Assembly: GCF_006345805.1 (NCBI RefSeq)
Contig: NC_042999.1
Coordinates: 148,118,001-148,182,000, forward strand
Direction of reading: 5' to 3'
Source of the DNA: Octopus sinensis
Taxonomy: Eukaryota
DNA: 64,000 bases
How positions within the stretch are numbered: the first letter of the stretch is position 1; every line of letters starts with the position of its first letter. Both the position numbers and the translations under genes were made by a program. This document shows, piece after piece, positions 55,380-64,000 of this stretch. Below the pieces are notes generated by a model that did no database searches, had not been told where the DNA came from, and was given only the letters and a program-made list of their open reading frames with translations.

Positions 55380-56225
55380 GGCTCTACACAAATGGATGGT
55401 AATTATCGATTACATCGAAATAGAAGAAACTGATGTAGTATCAGCCTTGGTGAAATGAGCCACAACAATCTTCCTTAAGAAATGCAAAGCGGCTCTAGCA
55501 AGACCATTGCAGATCTTCTTCCAAAGCTTCCTTGCAAGTGGGAGATTTCCTAGAAAGTTAAAGGGGTTAATAGAGTAGATGCTAAAACTTATAGGCCTAT
55601 TTGTCTTACCTTACATGTTATGGAACGCTTTTTCAGAACGCAAAATCATGAAGCGCTTTATCAGAAATAAACTGATCGCTTTCCTGAAAGATAATGACTT
55701 GCTCCCTGAAAACCAGTACAGTTTCTGCTCAAGAAGCAGCTGCCTCACAACTTTCTGCATCATTATGACTGGGTATTGAAAGAATTAATGAATCGCTCAA
55801 ACGTGGATGTGATGCATCGCTATTTTTCAAAGATCTTTGATAAGGTTGATCACGAAATAACATGTTGCAAGCTACAGAGATTCCGCATAGTCGGAAACAT
55901 AGGGGAGTGGTTATATGGCCTCTTAAAAACAGAAGCCAGACTGTGGAACCCAATGGGGACTTCCTCAAGGAGACAGTAACAAGGAGTGGCATGCCTCAAG
56001 GAATTGTCTTCGAGTCGCTGTTTTTTTTATGCTGGCTTTTTCGGATATCACATCAGTTACACAGTCAGCCACACTAGTTAGCTATACCGGCCGTACAAAA
56101 CAAGTACAGGCTAAAGGATCTTCCAATGTTGATCCTCTACAAAAATATCTTGAGATTATATATAAATGAGCTGGAGAAAACAACATGCAATTCAATTTAG
56201 GAAAATTCCAAGACCTTCGACATTA
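55380..56225 (+). mobile_element. Third, heavily decayed CR1-like RT fragment
   Basis: LKKCKAALARPLQIFFQSFL, FSKIFDKVDH, SGMPQGIVF, FNLGKFQDLR. Confidence 0.75.
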
Positions 56226-56411
56226 GCCACTTTGCGCCAACATGCCGCAACAAAGATACATTTGGAACAAAAGGAGCGGTAATCTTAGAGTCAGAAAATT
56301 GTGCAATACAAAAGCAGTGAGTGAGACGGGGATTAATACAAACAACGACGCCCGATTTCGCGTACATATCACCGAGATGTTGACAGTATGCAGGCAAATG
56401 GCCGGATGAAT

Positions 56412-56448
<37 letters not shown>

Positions 56449-56645
56449 ATATAGTTGAAATTTACAGAAAGACAAAAGTCGAAGACAGGTGTATGAACAA
56501 CAAGTAGGTGTATTAGTTTGACGATCTTCAACAAAAAAGGAAGAGAAAATAAACAGAGAATATATATGGAAACATACACACATACATACTTCCATAGACT
56601 ACATAGATACAAAAATACATATATACGAACGCACACACGCACACA

Positions 56646-56688
<43 letters not shown>

Positions 56689-56931
56689 CAACACACACAA
56701 ATATGCATCTATGTATATCCATGTATGTATCTTAAATTTATTAAGAAAAATACACCATGTATATACATATATATATATAACTTATAAAATAAGGGCAAAA
56801 GAAAAATTCTAATGCCAAATATGCCAAAAATTTTAATTATAAATTTAACCTTTAAAGGTATTTTTTGATATGCTGGCCATTGATAAAAATTTTTTTCGAA
56901 AAAAATTTTATCCTACATCAGTTATATATAT

Positions 56932-57037
<106 letters not shown>

Positions 57038-57103
57038 ATATATATATAATATATATTATATATATAACAAGTTGTAAGGTACCGCACGAGTGGAAATATA
57101 TAT

Positions 57104-57460
57104 GAAAGAAGGCTTGAAAATGCAATTTTAAAGATGTTTATTCACTTGACTGGTTTCACTCTTTTTAGAAAAAGATTGTCAAAAGTAAAATGTAAAACTT
57201 TGTATAAGCTTTGTTGTGTTAAGTACTGGTTGTCACAAAAGTATTAAAATACATACATTCGTTCTTTTCTTATTATTATCAAAGAATTTATATATGTATT
57301 TTAATACTTTTGTGACAACACATCAAAGCTTATACAAAGCTTTACATTTTACTTTTGACAATCTTTTTCTAAAATGCAATTTTAAAGATGTTTATTCACT
57401 TTGCTAAACATCTTTAATATATAAACATCTTTGAAATTGCATTTTCAAACCTTCTTTCAT
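57104..57460. repeat. ~350-bp foldback (MITE-like inverted repeat)
   Basis: Three blocks pair across the centre, e.g. tagaaaaagattgtcaaaagtaaaatgtaaa / tttacattttacttttgacaatctttttcta and gttgtcacaaaagtattaaaatacata / tatgtattttaatacttttgtgacaac. Confidence 0.9.
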
Positions 57461-57564
57461 GTATGTATATATATATATATATATTATATATATACATAGG
57501 CACGTACGAAGTGTGTGTTTGTGTGTACGTATGTGCATTAATATTATATTAGTATTGATAATAC

Positions 57565-57735
57565 AGTTCTATATTTAGTAGGTGAGGAATTATGTACATT
57601 ATTTACATTATTTACATTTGACGGATATTTATCCTCATCTTGTTTCTTGTTAACACAGCGTTTCAGCTACATCAGGTGCCTTGGTGAAATTTCGAACCTG
57701 GGTTCTCGTTCTTAAGGTATTTTTCGATGCTGTTG

Positions 57736-57801
<66 letters not shown>

Positions 57802-57913
57802 TCACTGCCTGGAATCGAAATCGGACTCTTGGGGTTAGTAGACCGCGCTCTTAACCACTTCGCCATATGCCCGTGGATGTAGTGGTTAAGAGCGCTATTA
57901 TAATAATAATAAT

Positions 57914-57984
<71 letters not shown>

Positions 57985-58131
57985 CAACAACATCGAAAAG
58001 TTCCTTAGGAATGAGAACCCAGGTTCGAAATTTCCCCGACACACCTGATGAAGGTATATCAGCCGAACCGTTGTGTTAACAAACAAGATGAGGGCAAATA
58101 TCCGTCAAATGTAAATAATGTAAATAATGTA
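57565..58131. mobile_element. Second inverted head-to-head dimer of the tRNA/(TAA)n/hammerhead SINE
   Basis: Left arm (-) is complete with A/B boxes (57797-57872). Right arm (+) 57873-58131 has a truncated head. Hammerhead remnants at 57648-57680 (-) and 58041-58076 (+). Confidence 0.85.
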
Positions 58132-58159
58132 GTTTTGATCAGATGAATGTATAACGTCT

Positions 58160-58480
58160 TACCTCAACGAAGACTCTGGAAAATTAAGTCACTTTCAGTA
58201 GACGTAATCTTTTGTGTTGAATTCAACCAGTCAAATACTTTATATAAACAAGTTTCATGTTGCGTATCAGTATTTTTTTCTATTGTATGTGTGTATTGTT
58301 GGTTGTATGTATGATGTATGTATGTATGTATGTATGTATGTATGTATGTATGTATGTATGTATGTATGTATGTATTATGTATGTATGTATGTATGTATGT
58401 ATGTATGTATGTATGTATGTATGTGTGCATGTATGTATGTATGTACGTATGTATGTGTGCATGCATGTATGTATGCTTGT
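58160..58480. repeat. (TATG)n microsatellite region
   Basis: Direct reading of the tract 58305-58480. Confidence 0.85.
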
Positions 58481-58487
58481 ATGACTG

Positions 58488-58523
<36 letters not shown>

Positions 58524-58642
58524 AATTGATTCATGCGTATATGTGCATGTATGTTTCTACATCTATGTGTGTGTATGTGTTTGTGAGTGAGTGTTATGTG
58601 TATATATTATATAGAGAGAGAGAGAAAGAGAGATAGATAGAT

Positions 58643-60517
58643 ATGTTTCTTTATTAGCCACACAGGGCTGCACACAGATAGAACAAATTACAAGGTAGAG
58701 CTTTTCTTTTGAAGGTATTAAAAAAAAAAAAAAAAAAAAAAGGAAGGGGGAGGTTCGATCAAAAGGGATCGTAAAGGAGAGAAAGAGGACAAAAATAAGG
58801 GGGGTTAAAAAAAAAAAAAAGGGGGGGGGGGGAGAGGAAAAAAAAAAAAAAAATGATCAATAGGGATCGTTATCACAGAAATGTCAATATGAAGTGTAAA
58901 GGGGAGGACAGGTGAGGTTTACCCGTGGAAGAAAAGCCTGCGGAAAAGACCACGGTAACCTCGGTCAATGAAGTCACATTTTATATTTCTTTTTTTTTTT
59001 TTTTTTTTTTTTTGCAAATAAGCAACTCTCTGTTTTCGATTTCTGGGTTCATAGGACTATGCTCAAGGTGGCTTCGTCATTCATACGTGCCATTCTTGCT
59101 ACATTCACCCATCTTTTTTTAAAACATTCGCTAGACAAAACTTGCCTCTCTACTCTCACTTTCCTTTTCAAGTGGTACTTGAAGAAGTTGATGAGAGATT
59201 GACCAGAGAGGAAAGTGTTTGTCTCCAATCCTTTCAGACGCGTCCACCAGATACATTCTTTCGCCATAGCCACAAGGATGATGAAAATAGCTCTTCCTTC
59301 CCGTTTGAAGGAAGGAGGCGTGACAATATTGACGATAGACTCAGCTGATAAACCGGCTCGTCCCACACGTGACAGCAGTTGTTCGACATAAGCCCACAGG
59401 TCGGAAATTGTTGGACACTGAACGAGTGCGTGCAGAACGGTTTCGTCGCTCTGACCGCATCTCGGGCAGGTCGGCCCCGTGTTTCTCGAGCCGTGTCTGT
59501 AGAGCTTATCCGAATGGGTAGCGCTTCTCGGTAGCACTGCCAGGCCAGGGATCTCTGGAAGTTGTCCATGGCCCTGGCCGAAAGTCGTCCCGAACAGGCG
59601 GGTCAGGTACTCCTCGTCGACGTCCAGGTTCGCCCCGAGCTCGTCGTCGTACCTCCCCTCCACTAAACCCCTATAGAATGCTTGGTTGTGTTGAAGTCAC
59701 TTAAGGTCGACCCAGGACGGCAGAGTTGCTTGAGAGCAACGCGACACTCGCGGTGCCATTCGCCTTCCTCGGCCTCTTTTTGATCCACGACTGCAGTTCG
59801 GTCATGGAGACGAGCTGCGGGAAAGCGTGCCTCACAAACGGCGACCACACCCCTTTCACCGTCGTCTACATAGAGCCAGAGATGTCGCAGTCTCAGCGCG
59901 TGTCTGCGCATCATCAACCACGGCATGCCCAGCCCTCCTTTTAACGGGTGTTGACAGCAAATGGATCGCCTGACCATCGGGACGCATCCTTTCCACAAGA
60001 AGCGAAAGAGGATGCGTTGTAGTTTGGTGATGGTAGGGTCGGGACAAGGTACGACGGTCAGGCGGTAGTAGATGACGGACGCGATGTACGTGTTCGCCAC
60101 CTCCGCTCGACCTTTTAGGGACAGTTTCCTCTCGGCCCATTGCCGGGCGAGAGTGACCACCCTACTCGTTATCTCGTTCCAGTTCTTCTCCACTTGGAGG
60201 TCCGGACCAAACCAGACCCCGAGCAACTCAACCGGGCCGTCGGTCCAGCGTCCCACGACGGAGGCGCTGGTGGACGGCATGGGCTTTTCTCTCAGGTGCC
60301 TAGTCGCAAGCCCACTGACTTTTCCCGGTTGATTTTCGCTCCTGTCACCGCTTCGTAGTTTTTCAGTGTCTCGCCGACCAGCTCGATGTGCTCGTGGCTA
60401 GACACTATGACGGTGACGTCGTCCGCGTATGCAGACACGCTCGTCCCGCATCCCAATTCTCGCGGGATGCCCCTTAGAGTCGCCAGCTTCCGCAGTAGTG
60501 GCTCAAGAGTTAATACG
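58643..60517 (-). mobile_element. 5'-truncated Tx1/L1-clade LINE inserted in (GATA)n
   Basis: LEPLLRKL, SAYADDVTV, GAKINREKS, LLGVWFG, LSLKGRAEVANT, CPRCGQSDETVLHALVQCP. 3'UTR with AATAAA (58650-58655). GC-rich. GATA repeats on both sides (58632-58642, 60520-60610). Confidence 0.9.
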
Positions 60518-60520
60518 TAT

Positions 60521-60612
<92 letters not shown>

Positions 60613-61012
60613 GCAAAGAAATGGAGCAACAATTAACATTTAGAAGTTAATTAGATAGTTTAATTATAGTTCAAGAATATAGATAGGAGAAAAAGGGAAA
60701 TGAAAACAAAAAAAAGAAAAAGGAAAAACGGAAAAACGGAAAAACGGAAAAAGCTCGTTAAGTCTTTAGGCTTTCCTTCTTTTGTGACCTTTTGGGGTTC
60801 CACGTACGTCTAAGTTTCTCACTCTGATAAACTCTAGATCATTCTGACGATGTTTGTTAAACGGAACGAGATAAATGCAAATTTACTTCGAATTAACAAA
60901 ATGAAATAGCTATAAATGTTATTGAACTACAATTAAACTATAAGAATAAACAGAAACAAAAACAAATTACACGAACGTATATAAACAGAAGATGCAAATA
61001 TTACAGGCATTT

Positions 61013-61056
<44 letters not shown>

Positions 61057-61561
61057 CTAAACATAGACGCACATAGAGATATAAGCATGCGCAAATGAAG
61101 ACATACAATAGAAATACAAAATGGCTTACGGTTAGTAAGGAGAGACACACAAATAAGAAAGAAGAAAGCAAAGGACCACTGATGCGGTCACAGGAGTGTG
61201 ACGAAAGAACTCTGGCCGAAATAAGATTAAGTTTAATGTAAAAAATAAATAACACTGAAGCAAAGTAACACCAAATATATAGTGCATGTGTTTTTATTGG
61301 CTAAACTGGCAAAATTACCATTCCGAAATACAACAATAAACTATCACCTAATACCAATGATCAACTTCTAATTGTTAATAGCTGCTCAATTTCTTTTCTT
61401 ATCTGAATATATTAAATCACGGTTTTACTATTTAAATTACCAACTACTGTTAATCTTATAGCAAGGCCTATACATAGTGAGGTAATACACCAGTAGTGCC
61501 TATGGATACATTTATCCCTTAGACGGTCGCATAACCTCTAACTCATAATCATATATATTTA

Positions 61562-61944
61562 CTAGCAGTATCGCCCGGCGTTGCTCAGGTTTGTAAGGGA
61601 AATAACTATAAAGCATTTTTAGAGAGTTATAGCCAAAATAGCGCAAAAAAATGGAAAAAAATGATGGTAAATTTTTTTTTAAGTTAAAAAAGGTGGAGTT
61701 GCGTCCCCTAGACAGTTTGTGGTTTGTGTTTGTGATTCTCGACCCCATGTCGAATTTATCGATTTTTTTCAGAACTGGGGGAACTTTTCAAAATTTTCGC
61801 TGCGTTAGTTTTGAATTATGACATTGGGCTATGTGTGTGTCAAGTTTCATCAGAATCGGTTGAAAGCCGTGGTCAGGGTGAGGGTACAAGCAAACAGACA
61901 CACAGAAACACGCACAGACAAACTGCCGTTTATATAGAGAGAGA
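61562..61944 (-). mobile_element. Complete short non-autonomous Helitron
   Basis: Minus strand begins (A)TCtctctctatataaac and ends with hairpin cctgagcaacgccggg followed by CTAG(T). Confidence 0.75.
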
Positions 61945-61999
61945 TATTGTACTACAAGCGAATACTGGTCCCGGTGCGCGCACACGCGTAGTCGCGCGT

Positions 62000-62640
62000 C
62001 CGCGCTAGCTAGTCGTAAGTAGTCGATCCTACAACGACTTGCGCGTATGAAAATGAGGTGATTGGTGCATGCGCGATACATACTTGTGTAAATAAATCAT
62101 TTCTGAGAACAATGTATATGATTTTTTTTACACAAATAATTACAGTAAATAATTTTTTTAACTAAAAAAATTTATTATTTTTTAAAACAATGTATATGAT
62201 TTTTTTTACACAAATTAAATATTTTTTGAACAAAGTAAATAATTTTTTAAACTTAGTTAATTAATTTTTTTTTATAAACAAACTAAGATTTTTTTTTGAA
62301 AAATGTATATAATTTTTTTACACAAATTAAACAAAGTAAATAAAAAGCAAATAGCAAATAAAAAAATTGAATATCTCACAGTTTTTGCAATTCGTTCGAA
62401 ATGCCACCAAATAATAAAATAAAATGTTGAAGTTCATTTGACTTCCTCGAATGTGAACCATTCTGAAAGGTGCTTCAGTATGTTTTCAAAACATTCCTGT
62501 CCAGTTTTTCCATATTGTTCCCTCCACAGAAATTCATCTAGGTACGACTCCATCATGTTAGTGTGTACCCCCATCATTGTCTTAAATCGTCTTTTCGCAT
62601 TCTTCCAGAAACATTCCACATGCTGATGAAATTTTACATG
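62000..62640 (-). mobile_element. Merlin (IS1016/ISXO2-like) transposase C-terminal fragment with AT-rich subterminal repeats
   Basis: MECFWKNAKRRF...GVHTNMMESYLDEFLWR...FENILKHL matches the E..W...K ... YL.EF.WR motif. Confidence 0.7.
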
Positions 62641-63059
62641 TTTCGGTTCTTCTTGAAAAAGCGAACCTTATCAAAAATATTTTAAAAAGTTAAATGTAAT
62701 AAAAAAGTTCATAATTGTTTCTTACTAGTCTCAACAGAGTCCACGTGGTGGTGTTTTGTGGGGGGGGGGAGCATAATGGCTGTCTTGTGTGTTGACCAGG
62801 TTTGTTGGCTGTAATTGGGGAAATAACAATAGTAGCAGTGACTGTTGGTCGTAGTAGTAGTGACCGTGGTGGTGGTGGTTGGGGTTGCAGCAGTTCATTG
62901 GCTGTAGTAGTAGCAGCAGTGGAAGACTGTTGGTTGTAGTAGTAATAGTAGCGACCAGGGTGGTAGTAGTAGTAGTAGTAGTAGTAGTGATCGTGTTGGT
63001 AGTGGTAGAATTCCATTTTTCTTTTCGGAAAACCAATATATGGTTTTAATGTTCCTGGC

Positions 63060-63580
63060 CCAGGGTGTTTAGACTTGGTCCGAATTTTCTAATAAAACAG
63101 AGTTCTTTGTTATGACGTTGAGTGAAAGTTACGTTGTTACTGAATTGGTAAAGTGGGAAAGTTGTGAATTTGGGATTTTTATTTGAAGCACATCTGTCTA
63201 TGTGGCCGCTGACAGGTATTTTCCTGTATTCAGGTTCCTAATTTGGGATTTATGTACTGCCATCCTTTTTCGTAAGCTTTTTTTTTTATGGCCAATATAT
63301 TGTCTATTACACCCTACGCATGTTAACACGTAAATTAAGTTTTCTGATGTAAAGGTGAAGTTTGTTCTGATGGTAAAATGATGTCCTTTTTCTAATGTGT
63401 ATTCAGAACCTTCTACTAAGATGACACAGATTCCGAAGTTGGGCTTTCCACAATTTTTAACTGTTGATTTTCTGGTTATTATTGGGTTTAGTTTAGCTTG
63501 GGTTAAAATCTTTTTTAAGGATTTTGGTTGCTGTCTACTTTTTATAATGGTGTACGTTTGGAGGATTCGGTTCATCTTTG
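63060..63580 (-). mobile_element. Penelope-like (Neptune-type) linker + GIY-YIG fragment
   Basis: RQQPKSLKKILT, CGKPNFGIC, FTFTSENLIYVLTCVGCNRQYIG, LRKRMAVHKSQI, then KELCFIRKF. Confidence 0.85.
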
Positions 63581-63624
63581 GGTCTCCATATATATATATA
63601 TATATATATATGTGTATATATATA

Positions 63625-64000
63625 CAGGGTGGGGAAGCAAAATTTACGTTAAGTTGCTTTTTCTCAGCAGGCACTAAGTTAATTGTTTTGAAACCTAGCA
63701 TATATTGATGCCATAATCATACCTAACACTATTATCCTTACCTTTACAGAAACTTTTGCTTATATGAGTAATCTGGAAAGCAAACGTCAAAGAGTGTGTG
63801 ATTTGCTGAATGCATTCGTCACACCAAAGGAGATTTCAAGAATAGTTGGAGTGTCCATAAAGACTGTTTATAATGTAAAGAATAGAATGACTATGAGCAA
63901 CACTATTACAAGGAAGTCTGGAAGTGGAGGAATCAACAAAAAACATTCCAATGCTTTTATTAAAGCTCTCAAATCCCAAATCCTAAAGGATCCAACCAAA
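63625..64000 (+). mobile_element. Tc1/mariner-superfamily transposon 5' end (TIR + HTH), runs off the right edge
   Basis: TA|CAGGGTGGGGAAGCAAAATTTAC terminus. ORF open from ATG 63764 to the window end: MSNLESKRQRVCDLL..TPKEISRIVGVSIKTVYNVK..RKSGSGG. Confidence 0.8.

Noticed and set aside
57140-57160. gaaaccagtc (minus) resembling the PLE GAAACCGGUC motif
   Set aside because: The CUGANGA half of the core is missing upstream.
57797-57872. Possible tRNA gene (also other A/B-box heads)
   Set aside because: No complete cloverleaf or acceptor stem. Each continues into a SINE body.
61125-61230. Candidate 5'UTR exon of the host gene (minus-strand donor gtaagc at 61129)
   Set aside because: A donor-like site alone is insufficient without transcript data.
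62740-63010. Thr/Gln/Pro-rich mucin-like ORFs
   Set aside because: Built from (GTA/GTG)n degenerate triplet repeats, with no splice or domain support.

Overview
AT-rich (roughly one third GC), microsatellite-dense eukaryotic genomic DNA. The repeat families and (TA)n/(TACA)n/(TAA)n density suggest a coleoid cephalopod, probably Octopus (inference, no database check). One host gene runs on the minus strand across most of the window. I reconstructed nine coding exons by hand (49200 down to 3966, all GT-AG, phases compatible). They encode signal peptide - SRCR - MAM - MAM - start of a third MAM, and the gene continues off the left edge. The introns are packed with transposon relics: several R4/Dong-type RT-REL LINEs, mostly sitting in (TAA)n tracts, CR1-like, RTE, Tx1/L1 and CRE-like LINEs, Penelope-like (PLE) fragments, Helitrons, Chapaev3-like, Merlin and Tc1/mariner pieces, and three tRNA-SINE families. 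The most notable unannotated signal is a set of minimal type I hammerhead ribozyme motifs with palindromic stem III (dimer-type) from about five distinct families. These include (i) a tRNA-head/(TAA)n/hammerhead SINE found twice as head-to-head inverted dimers, whose TAA tract serves as a landing pad for Dong LINEs, (ii) an ORF1-only gag-like element ending in a canonical hammerhead inside a Helitron tandem array, and (iii) a hammerhead at the tip of a long rod-like fold. All ribozyme calls are by-eye folds and are untested.
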